Below are positions 1 to 8,607 of a stretch of DNA of 52,692 bases, one piece after another. The DNA lies in IMG/VR virus record IMGVR_UViG_3300014827_000003, positions 1-52,692 of that record. One strand, written 5' to 3'. This stretch comes from a virus (taxonomy: Duplodnaviria; Caudoviricetes). The notes under the pieces were generated by a model. That model was given only the letters and a program-made list of their open reading frames with translations, searched no databases and was not told the origin of the DNA. Position numbers and translations under genes: made by a program. Position 1 is the stretch's first letter. The number at the start of each line of letters is the position of its first letter.

Positions 1-77
1 CTAATCATCTAATCATCTAATCATCTAATCATCTAATCATCTAATCATCTAATCATCTAATCATCTAATCATCTAAT
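1..77. repeat. 8-bp tandem repeat (CTAATCAT)n, left contig end
   Basis: 9 full units plus CTAAT, read directly. Confidence 0.98.
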
Positions 78-142
78 ACGCTTATATCAGTGCCCTATTC
101 ACTAGGTATCTATAAAGGAATACTGATATGAGCGTATTAGAT
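71..142. repeat. Imperfect ~21-bp inverted repeat next to the array
   Basis: ATCTAATACGCTTATATCAGT (71-91) pairs with ACTGATATGAGCGTATTAGAT (122-142), one mismatch. Confidence 0.8.
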
Positions 143-643
143 AGTACCTAGTTCCTACCCTACTACATGCATCTAATGAATATACTGGATAACTAGATGA
201 TAATAAGGGCATTATAGGCATTTAAAGAGCACATTATGGCCATGCTATATGGTGTAACACACTGATATGAGTGGTGTATAGTTATACCCAATAACTAATA
301 CTAAATAATATTAATATTGGCATCTGTTATGCAATGGCATACACTGTGCCATGCCTATGATTACAATGGTTTAGGTAGGCATGATAAGTTATTAAGGGTA
401 GGTAGGGGGGATTCCGAGAGGTTATGCTAACCCCCTTCTACCGTCGCGGAATCGACTTTGTGCGCAAGAAGAAGAATAGGGGTGAAGCCCCTAAGCTATT
501 GTTTTTGTTGACTTGAATCTTGTGGCTGTGTTAAAATGCCTGTTTTTCTTTGAAATACGGCTATTTATGCCCTATTTAAGTTGGGGAAAGTTGGGATTAG
601 TTTGCTAGGAAAGACATAGATACAGCCCTAACTTCATCTAATT

Positions 644-853
644 TCACAAATCCCTCTCATAGAAACAACTACCAGTTTGATACCTATCAGTACACCTTTG
701 GACCTGGTCCTCTAGCATATAACTTGCCGGATTAGTGTCTATCTGTTTGGACACGCATTTGTATACCATTTGATCTGCAGTTAGGCAGATATTTGACGGA
801 TCTCTCTTCCCATAGGAGGCCAGAGTAAATAGTATTAGTAAGTATTTTGGCAT
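644..853 (-). CDS. hypothetical protein
   Basis: ORF at end of leftward operon, hydrophobic N-terminus, Cys-rich. Confidence 0.45.
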   Translation of the reverse strand: MPKYLLILFTLASYGKRDPSNICLTADQMVYKCVSKQIDTNPASYMLEDQVQRCTDRYQTGSCFYERDL

Positions 854-1062
854 TGTTCACCACTCTCACACTTTTTACAATTATTTCTATTACTTATGCA
901 GGATATATAGCTTTCTAGGGCAACTCTATCGTTAAATAATTCGGAAGTAATCAGACTGAATACATTAATTCCTTCGCCACAACTGAGGCAAGTATAGTGG
1001 ACCTGTAGCGGCCTATTGCCATAATCAGGATCGCCTATTTTATAAAACAGTACTTTGCTCAT
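835..1062 (-). CDS. hypothetical protein with two CxxC motifs (possible Zn finger)
   Basis: CLSC and CKKC; GGAG RBS upstream. Confidence 0.6.
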   Translation of the reverse strand: MSKVLFYKIGDPDYGNRPLQVHYTCLSCGEGINVFSLITSELFNDRVALESYISCISNRNNCKKCESGEQCQNTY

Positions 1063-1064
1063 TC

Positions 1065-1163
1065 TTAAATAGCTCCCAAGCTTTTAAGCACGATAATGAT
1101 TACCAGGAATATTCCCAAAGCTGCGTTCAAAGGTAAAAGGACTGAGTTGATTTTAGCGATCAT
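1065..1163 (-). CDS. small membrane peptide (32 aa)
   Basis: Own translation MIAKINSVLLPLNAALGIFLVIIIVLKSLGAI; AGGAG RBS; fills operon gap. Confidence 0.5.
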   Translation of the reverse strand: MIAKINSVLLPLNAALGIFLVIIIVLKSLGAI

Positions 1164-1193
1164 TTATTTGCTCCTAAGCTTGTTAGTTATAGC

Positions 1194-1409
1194 TCAGTGT
1201 AGCATATCCCCTCTTCTCTCAATACTAATTTCTTCCACCTCTGTAATATTTTCATCCTCTACCGTTTTAAGTACCTTATATCTAGCTCCGCTTTGCACAT
1301 GCTTAACTAATCTAAAACGGGCCATTTCTCCTGCCTCTTCGGGGCTATTTGCCCTATTGCTTATTGATATATCCGTAGGCCCTGAGAAATAAGTGCAATA
1401 GGCCCTCAC
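1194..1409 (-). CDS. hypothetical protein
   Basis: 4-nt overlap coupling with upstream gene. Confidence 0.6.
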   Translation of the reverse strand: MRAYCTYFSGPTDISISNRANSPEEAGEMARFRLVKHVQSGARYKVLKTVEDENITEVEEISIERRGDMLH

Positions 1410-1729
1410 TTGGCATAGTCGAAGAACTCCAATGCTCCTCGATTCCTAGTAATCTTAGGCATCTCAGTGAAGATGTCCTTCTCCAAGTGGGCGTATATAA
1501 TAACTGCCCCACTACGAGTTTTCTTATACATCTTCCTTTTATCTCCGTTCTGATTATCAACTACTAGGACATCATTCTCCATAAGCTTGGCACCTAAATC
1601 GGTAGCAAGATGCTCTAAGGTTTCAAAGCTGTAGTTAATATTCACACCCTTAAGGTAATAAGCTCGGCACTTTACCGATACTTCTCTTTTCATTTCATTA
1701 CTCATAAACTCTCCATTATTGATAAACAT
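1406..1729 (-). CDS. hypothetical protein (start probably at 1705, MSNEMK)
   Basis: Operon packing; GGAG before internal ATG. Confidence 0.65.
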   Translation of the reverse strand: MFINNGEFMSNEMKREVSVKCRAYYLKGVNINYSFETLEHLATDLGAKLMENDVLVVDNQNGDKRKMYKKTRSGAVIIYAHLEKDIFTEMPKITRNRGALEFFDYAK

Positions 1730-1983
1730 CTTTCGACTACTTCTAATTTTCTTTCTGCAAGTCTAGTGCCCAGCGAAACTTGCTTAGGTATTGTGATCTC
1801 TGTGAGCTCCATTTTCGGCCTAGGAGTATTTGATAGATCTGTCCTATCCCTAACCTCCCTTGCCTCGGCAATGGTTCCTACAATCCGAGCATTGGCCTTA
1901 CCATTTACCTTATATTGAACCCTAAATTTAGTGTGATCGGCATTCGCTGAGATCCTTCTTTCGATTGTGGAAAACCCTTTCAT
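1702..1983 (-). CDS. hypothetical basic protein, possibly AP2-like DNA-binding
   Basis: AAGGAG RBS; KFRVQYKVNGK...GTIAEAREVR resembles an AP2 beta-sheet and helix. Confidence 0.6.
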   Translation of the reverse strand: MKGFSTIERRISANADHTKFRVQYKVNGKANARIVGTIAEAREVRDRTDLSNTPRPKMELTEITIPKQVSLGTRLAERKLEVVERCLSIMESL

Positions 1984-2007
1984 AAATACTCCTTGTTAAA
2001 AAATCAT

Positions 2008-2547
2008 TTATATTGTCGCATTAAATCCATACCACTCTTTAAAAACCACTAAGAAAGCCTTATGTGCTTCTATCTCTGTGAAGTATGTCCCAAGCCCATA
2101 ACACACACCATGAATAGCTATATTCGAAGTAAACTTACTCGTACGCTTTTCAAAGCTCACTCCTTTCAAATACTTACCATAATTAGATCTATTTAATGTA
2201 TTCATCTTACGGGTAGTCCACCTACAGTTCTCTTTACTGTATCCAAGACTATTATCAATTCGATCTATCTGTGCCCCAATAAAAGGTATGTCACCCATAT
2301 CTGAATAAAAGTTTTCGAACTTCTCCCAATCTTCAGATACTGTTACTCCTCGCATCCCATATCTCTTAGATTTTTTATTTTGACATCTCTTCTTCATGTT
2401 GTTCCAACACATATAAATTTTAGTACCATACATACCGTGAGAGTACCTAAAGTGTTCTTTTCCTGGCTTAAAAACCATTCTCAAAACCTTTAATAAATAC
2501 CTCCTATAGTTAAATACGTTATCTTTAGACCTATGCAAGACATACAC
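2008..2547 (-). CDS. HNH-type endonuclease with C-terminal AP2 domain (start likely near 2478)
   Basis: WNNMKKRC...YGMRGVTV...W..FENFYSDMG...IDRIDNSLGYSKENCRW..N, then KGVSF...LGTYFTEIEAHKA. Confidence 0.85.
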   Translation of the reverse strand: MYVLHRSKDNVFNYRRYLLKVLRMVFKPGKEHFRYSHGMYGTKIYMCWNNMKKRCQNKKSKRYGMRGVTVSEDWEKFENFYSDMGDIPFIGAQIDRIDNSLGYSKENCRWTTRKMNTLNRSNYGKYLKGVSFEKRTSKFTSNIAIHGVCYGLGTYFTEIEAHKAFLVVFKEWYGFNATI

Positions 2548-2664
2548 CCAATAAGAAAAAAAGCAACTCAGATGTAAGATTTACACGGTGCGTATTTACT
2601 ATTTGTAGCAATAAAGTAAAATGAGAAGTATGAACTTCTCATCACATAACTAGTTGAAATCACA

Positions 2665-2771
2665 TAGCCCTAAATCTGCTAAAATTCACTGTATCGACTT
2701 AGTTACCTTTAAAAATTTAATAAAAAGAAATTTAAAGGTAACTAAGTCGATACATTAGTTTTTTAGGGCTA
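2665..2771. promoter_or_regulatory. Nested inverted repeats, putative replication origin
   Basis: Perfect 24-bp IR 2690-2713/2731-2754 around a 17-bp A/T-rich spacer; outer 10-bp IR TAGCCCTAAA 2665-2674/2762-2771; lies upstream of helicase operon. Confidence 0.6.
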
Positions 2772-3076
2772 AAATGACGCATATTGAATTTAAGGCAAAA
2801 TAGCCTAAAATGAATGATTACAATAAGTTACAGTTTTTTTCAGGTATATATTTATACTTGTAACTCATTTTTTAAAATCGTTTTCTTTTTTTTGTTGTTT
2901 TTAAAGCTAATGAAGTGTGACGGAAGCAGCGTGTTATTTCTAGGTCAGGGAGAGTTCGTAGAGATTTGAGAAGGTTTTTGTTACGGTGCGAAAGTAAGAA
3001 AGAAGTTATGAGACTATCGAAAAAACCAGGACACCGTAACTCAAACTTGAAATAACTATATTCTTCTTTTTTTAAA

Positions 3077-3105
3077 TTGACAATACCCTTACCCAAAATT
3101 ATCTT
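3077..3105 (+). promoter_or_regulatory. sigma70-like promoter
   Basis: TTGACA-17 nt-TATCTT upstream of 3144. Confidence 0.6.
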
Positions 3106-3143
3106 AGTTGTACATGAGACTACAGATTAACTAGGAGCAAGAA

Positions 3144-3476
3144 ATGGCAAGACCTAAGAAGGATTATTCATCCTATACTGATTCCCAAATAGCTACATTC
3201 ATCCCTTTATATAACCTGCTCTATTCGGATATTAAAATATTTCTAATAGACCCCCTAACTAAAAAATTGGTATCTAACTGCCCAATATATAAATATTTAG
3301 AAGTAGTGGGCATTAGTCGGTATAAGTTGAAGGAAAGATTAATAGCTAATGAACACTTTGTATTCCCCCACTTCGATATAAATTCTGAAAAAACTCTGGA
3401 AATAAAGGAACATAGCTCATTAGGGATTAAAGTCCTCCACCTCAACCTATGTCCAAAGAAGGTAGTAAATGCTTAA
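3144..3476 (+). CDS. hypothetical protein, possibly origin/DNA-binding
   Basis: AGGAG RBS; MARPKK N-terminus; first gene of helicase operon. Confidence 0.65.
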   Translation: MARPKKDYSSYTDSQIATFIPLYNLLYSDIKIFLIDPLTKKLVSNCPIYKYLEVVGISRYKLKERLIANEHFVFPHFDINSEKTLEIKEHSSLGIKVLHLNLCPKKVVNA

Positions 3477-5088
3477 TGATACGCAAAAAGAACTTATCCT
3501 GAAACTAGCTAAAAAGAACGGATACCAGAAATGGGCGAATGGTAAATTTGTAACCTCTAGTGGTTCTACCTCTCTTGCTGGAAGATTCCTGCAAAATATA
3601 AATTTCCCTGAAGCCTTGTGGTCCCATTCCACAGAGTTAGAGAGCGTTCTTAAAAGTTTTGACTCATATTCTACAGAGATAGTTTCTTTTTTGAGAAATG
3701 CTGAGAAGGTTGAAGCTACTCCTCTCCCAACTATTGATACCTATGTTCCTGGGGATTCTGATAATATTGCCAACTTAGTTCCTTTAATTAACATCGAGCG
3801 TAGAAAGGGAGATCCCCTAATCCTTTTGTACAATCCTGAGAACCATAAAGTTCTCCCAAAAATGGATATTCAATACTACCTAACTAAGGTAAATAGAAAA
3901 GAGTTAGAGATAGTTGGAGATTCTGAAATCCTGTCCGTGGTTACAGTATTTGACCCTTTTTCCATTGAACCATTTATTTATAAAATGCACGATGGGCTTA
4001 ACCGTAAAATAGCCCACCTGAATCTATATACTCCCCCTAGATGGCAGAGAACTCCAGTTGCAGCTAAGTATGGGGGGTTTATTAAAACTCTTATAGAACA
4101 CCTATTTCCGATTGAATTGGAGAGAGAGGCCGTATTGGATTGGCTCCACTATGCTCTTACTCGTAGAAATGGGACAATTCTCTGCCTAGCAGGGCCTAGA
4201 GGAACAGGGAAATCACTACTTATGTCTATCATCTCCTACTTAGTAGGATTGGAATATTCTGAGATAGGAAATAAAGAACTCTTGGCCAAGAACTTTAACT
4301 CAGCATTTAAAAATAAAAGATTAGTCGTATTTGAAGAGGTAGAGGTTTCAGATTCTACTTCTCTAAATAAATTAAAAGCTCTGGCCAATTCCCGAATAAC
4401 GCTCGAAGAGAAGGGAAAAGATTCTGAGACAATAGACAACTACACTTCAATGGCAATTTTATTAAATGATGTCTCTCAATTAAAAATAGCTCCACAGGAT
4501 AGAAGATTCAGTGCTCCTAAAGTGGCCGAGCACGATTTAAGAAAAACTATTCCTGAAATAGAGATCCAAAATTTTTCGGATAATTTAGAGGGAGAGGAAG
4601 TATTCCAAGAAGTTGCTGAGTTCGGACAGTTCTTAATTGCTAGAAAACCTGTCAATTCCAATATGTATGCCATTAAGGGAGATTACTACTATTTCCTTTG
4701 CTCGCTGGCCCTATCTGAGTGGAAGAATTTTATAATTCGGTACATCTCAAATTGGGGGAGGTATGATGTGCCTCTCAAAATAAGTAAGATGTCTGCGGAC
4801 TTTAAAGTAAGTCATCCTCCAGTAGACGGGGGAAAGGGCCTAAGATTTCCCGATAAGTCCGAAACCTTTGATGAGTTTCTTAAAGACTACAAACATCGGG
4901 GTGAATACTATATTGGGGAAGTGGTTAAGAGTTATGAGTCTGGTAGGGAAGTATTCTCAATAACTCCCAACTCAGATTTCCTAGACTACATTGAAAAACA
5001 AAGGGTAGTACCAGGAAAAGTTAAAGCAGATAGAACAAAAACAGCTCGTCAATTAATGGATGAAGCTGATGCAATAGGAGCACTATAA
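3469..5088 (+). CDS. SF3/D5-like (DUF5906-type) replicative helicase
   Basis: Walker A GPRGTGKS, Walker B LVVFEE, motif C ILLN, DRRF arginine finger. Confidence 0.85.
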   Translation: MLNDTQKELILKLAKKNGYQKWANGKFVTSSGSTSLAGRFLQNINFPEALWSHSTELESVLKSFDSYSTEIVSFLRNAEKVEATPLPTIDTYVPGDSDNIANLVPLINIERRKGDPLILLYNPENHKVLPKMDIQYYLTKVNRKELEIVGDSEILSVVTVFDPFSIEPFIYKMHDGLNRKIAHLNLYTPPRWQRTPVAAKYGGFIKTLIEHLFPIELEREAVLDWLHYALTRRNGTILCLAGPRGTGKSLLMSIISYLVGLEYSEIGNKELLAKNFNSAFKNKRLVVFEEVEVSDSTSLNKLKALANSRITLEEKGKDSETIDNYTSMAILLNDVSQLKIAPQDRRFSAPKVAEHDLRKTIPEIEIQNFSDNLEGEEVFQEVAEFGQFLIARKPVNSNMYAIKGDYYYFLCSLALSEWKNFIIRYISNWGRYDVPLKISKMSADFKVSHPPVDGGKGLRFPDKSETFDEFLKDYKHRGEYYIGEVVKSYESGREVFSITPNSDFLDYIEKQRVVPGKVKADRTKTARQLMDEADAIGAL

Positions 5089-5327
5089 TGGAAAGATTAA
5101 GTCCTGTTATTTTTGGAGATGGCATTATTGAGGCAGTTTTTGAGTACGAAAATGTCCTGTGGTTTGAAGACATGGATACAAATATAGTTGTTCACCTGTT
5201 TGGAGGTGGACCATTTATTTTACTAAACCATAAAGAAGATAGACAAAAATTTAGAGAGGGATACAAAAACGCCATGATGATTAAGTACTTCCCAGAAGAA
5301 GTTATTAAAGGGGAGGATTCTCTGTGA
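5088..5327 (+). CDS. hypothetical protein
   Basis: Coupled overlaps on both sides. Confidence 0.65.
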   Translation: MERLSPVIFGDGIIEAVFEYENVLWFEDMDTNIVVHLFGGGPFILLNHKEDRQKFREGYKNAMMIKYFPEEVIKGEDSL

Positions 5328-5680
5328 TAGAAAAATTTCCAAGCCCTAAACCTTTGAATGGAGCCTATACCAAGTATTGGGAAATGTTTATTGCTGATAT
5401 ATCAGATAGGGAAAATCTAAAACTTTCTCACTTGACTCAATTAAAGATTCTCTGTTCGTTATGTGTAGAGTACGATGAGCTAGAAGAGATTATAGAGTTA
5501 GAGGGTAGGACGTTTACTTCAGAGGGGAGAAACGGACGGCAAGTTAAGGCCCGCCCAGAGTTGGCCCTACTCAAAAGTTGTATTGCTGAGATAAGAAGCT
5601 ACTCAAAAATGTTGGACTTAGTTTTAGTTAAAGATAAAAAACTTTCAAATGTGGAAGAAGAAAAAAACGAATTTGATTAA
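5324..5680 (+). CDS. terS: terminase small subunit, P27-like family
   Basis: P.P..L.....W, LC, EG.T..S.G..G..K.RPEL pattern; upstream of terL. Confidence 0.8.
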   Translation: MIEKFPSPKPLNGAYTKYWEMFIADISDRENLKLSHLTQLKILCSLCVEYDELEEIIELEGRTFTSEGRNGRQVKARPELALLKSCIAEIRSYSKMLDLVLVKDKKLSNVEEEKNEFD

Positions 5681-5689
5681 GGGGGATTT

Positions 5690-5932
5690 ATGTCAGATAG
5701 AGTATTTTCAATTGTTATAATGGTAGTTCTATTAACAATAACTATTATAGATTTAATTGCGTATAAAAGAGTTGTTAAAAGATTAGAGTTTGCAGAACAG
5801 GACATAATAGAAATGGATGAAGCTCTCTGTGAAGATTTCTGGGGTATGGAAGACCTACGCGTAAAAGTACTAGAACTCGAGTGCAACTTAGATATAGGTA
5901 AGGCAGTTAAAAATGCAAAATCGAAAAAGTAA
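5690..5932 (+). CDS. hypothetical membrane-anchored coiled-coil protein
   Basis: N-terminal hydrophobic helix. Confidence 0.6.
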   Translation: MSDRVFSIVIMVVLLTITIIDLIAYKRVVKRLEFAEQDIIEMDEALCEDFWGMEDLRVKVLELECNLDIGKAVKNAKSKK

Positions 5933-6131
5933 GCAAGAAGAGCTGAAAACTTTTCTTAACTCCCAAATACCTAAAGCTAAATCTATGCAAGGGCAGAGAA
6001 GGTTTAAGATGATGTATCTTAATAGAATAGCTGATGCTCTAGGGGTTAATTCTTATGAGGTAGTACTGTCAGACCTTACGGATCAGCAGTGTGACCTTGT
6101 TAGAAGAGAGGTTTTAGCTTGGAAAAGATGA
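5913..6131 (+). CDS. hypothetical protein
   Basis: Operon packing; ATGA overlap with MTase. Confidence 0.55.
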   Translation: MQNRKSKQEELKTFLNSQIPKAKSMQGQRRFKMMYLNRIADALGVNSYEVVLSDLTDQQCDLVRREVLAWKR

Positions 6132-6913
6132 ATACTCCTAGGAAATTAAAAGTCCTAGATCTATTTAGTGGAATAGGTGGCTTCTCTTTAGGACTTGAAA
6201 GAACGGGCGGCTTTGAAACAATCGCTTTTTGCGAAATCGATGAAAACTGTAGAGAGGTTTTGTACAAACACTGGCCCGAAATAACAGCGTTCCACGATAT
6301 ACGATATGTTAAAAACGTAGAAGAGATGTATGACATAGACGTAATTTGTGGGGGCTACCCCTGCTCAGGTCATTCGGTAGCTGGTAAAAAAGAAGGATTG
6401 AAAAATGAAGCAAGTAACTTGTGGTATGAATATCTCCGACTTATCGGAGAAATTAAACCAAGATATGTCATCATTGAGAACTCACACAATCTTAGAAGTA
6501 CAGGATTGGCAGGAGTTATCCAAGATCTCTGCGAGAAGGGCCTTAATTGTGAATGGCAGATTTTTTCTGGTTACGGAATTGGTTCCCCACATCAACGGGA
6601 AAGAATTTACATCGTGGCATGGAGAAACGACATACCCTACCCCGACCCGTTTCGATCATGGCCGACCTATTCTAAAAAAGAGGAAACCAAATCCGAGTGG
6701 TGGGCAAAAAGACGGTTTGAGAGAAACCCTTTGTACGGACAAATCCCAACGCTTGAATCCAAAACTGTTAGAACTGATGATGGGTCTTCCAATAGACTAC
6801 ACATTAGTGGAATTGAGGAAAGAATTAAACAGTTGGGAAATTCTTTAGTGGTAGATATTGTATATGAAATCGGAAAAGGAATTTTAGCTAGTGAGGCACA
6901 GCAATGGCTTTAG
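6128..6913 (+). CDS. C5 cytosine DNA methyltransferase, alpha chain (lacks motif IX)
   Basis: Motif I DLFSGIGG, IV GGYPC, VI IENS, VIII HQRERIY, X LGNSLV. Confidence 0.92.
   Translation: MNTPRKLKVLDLFSGIGGFSLGLERTGGFETIAFCEIDENCREVLYKHWPEITAFHDIRYVKNVEEMYDIDVICGGYPCSGHSVAGKKEGLKNEASNLWYEYLRLIGEIKPRYVIIENSHNLRSTGLAGVIQDLCEKGLNCEWQIFSGYGIGSPHQRERIYIVAWRNDIPYPDPFRSWPTYSKKEETKSEWWAKRRFERNPLYGQIPTLESKTVRTDDGSSNRLHISGIEERIKQLGNSLVVDIVYEIGKGILASEAQQWL
6405..6848 (+). CDS. putative C5-MTase beta chain in an overlapping frame (carries motif IX)
   Basis: YPTPT and RLNPKLLELMMGLPIDYT; AAGGA RBS 7 nt before ATG 6405. Confidence 0.75.
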   Translation: MKQVTCGMNISDLSEKLNQDMSSLRTHTILEVQDWQELSKISARRALIVNGRFFLVTELVPHINGKEFTSWHGETTYPTPTRFDHGRPILKKRKPNPSGGQKDGLRETLCTDKSQRLNPKLLELMMGLPIDYTLVELRKELNSWEIL

Positions 6914-8607
6914 AAAACCCCTTCGATATTGTAGACGAAGTAAATTTATTTGAAGCCTATAACTATGCTCAAGAGATTGTTTCTGGTGAGAAAATTGCCT
7001 GTAAATATATTATTGGAGCTTGTAACAGATTTTTAAAAGATATTGAACTAACTAAAGACCCAACTTCAAAATATGTTTTCGATTCTGAGTATGCTGAAAG
7101 ATATTTAAGACTAGTGCAGAAGTTCGAACACTACATCGGTACTTGGGAAACCCCCACTATTAAATATGAGTCTTGGCAAAAGTGGGCATGGACCTTTGCC
7201 CTTGGATTTAAACATAGAAAAGATTTAAGAATTCCCAGATATAGAACAATCCACATAGAGGTCCCCAGGGGATGCGCCAAGTCAACAATGGCATCTCAAT
7301 GTGCTTTATATTTTCTCGGCCTTGAAAAGAATAGAGCAGGGGAAAAAATTGCTTGCTTTGCAACAAAATCCTCTCAATCGAGAATCATTCTAGACGGTTC
7401 AAGATCAATGGCCCGTAAATCAGAACAATATTTAAAAGCCTCTGGAGTAGAGGTATTGGCCCATAAACTTGTAGACAAAAATACAGACTCAGAAATGATC
7501 TCAATGTCATCTGAATCTAAATCAATGGATGGTTTGAACTTAAGAGTAGCTTTCTTAGATGAGCTACATGCTATGAGTAGAGCTCTATTTGACGTAATCG
7601 TATCAGGGCAAAAGAAAAGAAATGACTCATTAACAATATGCTGTACTACAGCAGGATTTAATACAGATGGGGTCGGCCACAGCCAATCACAATATGCCAA
7701 GAAAGTTGCACTAGGGGAAGTTGAAGATGAGACTTTCTGTGCGATTGTTTATACGATTGATGATGGTGATGATTTATTTGAAGAAAGTACTTGGAGAAAA
7801 GCAAACCCTAATTACGGGGTTTCCGTAGATCCAATTGCATTTGAAGCTACTGCAATTAAGGCTCGTGAAGTTCCTTCTGACCTTGCAAACTTTAAAGTTA
7901 AATCGCTGAATGTCTGGATCTCCGAGGGAAGTGCATATTTCGATGTGGCTAAATGGGATGAGTGTGCTGACCTGACTTTAAACATTGATAACTTCAAACA
8001 GAAATATTGTTACTCAGCAATCGACTTGGCTTCAAAGGTGGATTTAACTTCCTTTGGATTTTTATTCAGAGAGAATAGACATTACTATTTCTTCGATAAA
8101 TCTTTCATCCCCGAAAAAACCCTACAAGAATCTAAAAATGCATTGTTTGATAATTGTGTCGGGGACGGGTACTTATTTAAGACTCCTGGGGAAGCAATAA
8201 ATTACCCCATTCTTGAAAAAGAATTTGAAACCGAAATAAAAAAATTGAGGAATCATTCAACTCACTTTGATCCTTGGAACGCTGTGTCCTTCTCTCAAAG
8301 CATGGAAAAGAAAAATATAAATATGGTGGAATTTAGAATGAACGTGGCCAACTTCTCAGAGGCCATGAAAACACTTGATGCGCTAATCAGAGAAAAAAGA
8401 ATATCACATAATGGATCTCCCTTACTACGATTCTGCATTGGAAATGTGATTGCAAAACCTGATGCGGCTGGTAACGTCTATCCTCGCAAAAGCCATGAGA
8501 GTTTGAAGATCGATCCTATCATTTGTTTGCTTATGTGTTTGGCAGGGTGGATTCAAGAGAAGGAGGAAGAGAGCAGATATGCGGACCACGGAATTCGTTA
8601 TATTTAG
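6904..8607 (+). CDS. terL: terminase large subunit (HK97/cos-type)
   Basis: Walker A VPRGCAKST, Walker B FLDELH, TTAG, KANPN, nuclease IDLASKVDL, KIDP. Confidence 0.95.
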   Translation: MALENPFDIVDEVNLFEAYNYAQEIVSGEKIACKYIIGACNRFLKDIELTKDPTSKYVFDSEYAERYLRLVQKFEHYIGTWETPTIKYESWQKWAWTFALGFKHRKDLRIPRYRTIHIEVPRGCAKSTMASQCALYFLGLEKNRAGEKIACFATKSSQSRIILDGSRSMARKSEQYLKASGVEVLAHKLVDKNTDSEMISMSSESKSMDGLNLRVAFLDELHAMSRALFDVIVSGQKKRNDSLTICCTTAGFNTDGVGHSQSQYAKKVALGEVEDETFCAIVYTIDDGDDLFEESTWRKANPNYGVSVDPIAFEATAIKAREVPSDLANFKVKSLNVWISEGSAYFDVAKWDECADLTLNIDNFKQKYCYSAIDLASKVDLTSFGFLFRENRHYYFFDKSFIPEKTLQESKNALFDNCVGDGYLFKTPGEAINYPILEKEFETEIKKLRNHSTHFDPWNAVSFSQSMEKKNINMVEFRMNVANFSEAMKTLDALIREKRISHNGSPLLRFCIGNVIAKPDAAGNVYPRKSHESLKIDPIICLLMCLAGWIQEKEEESRYADHGIRYI

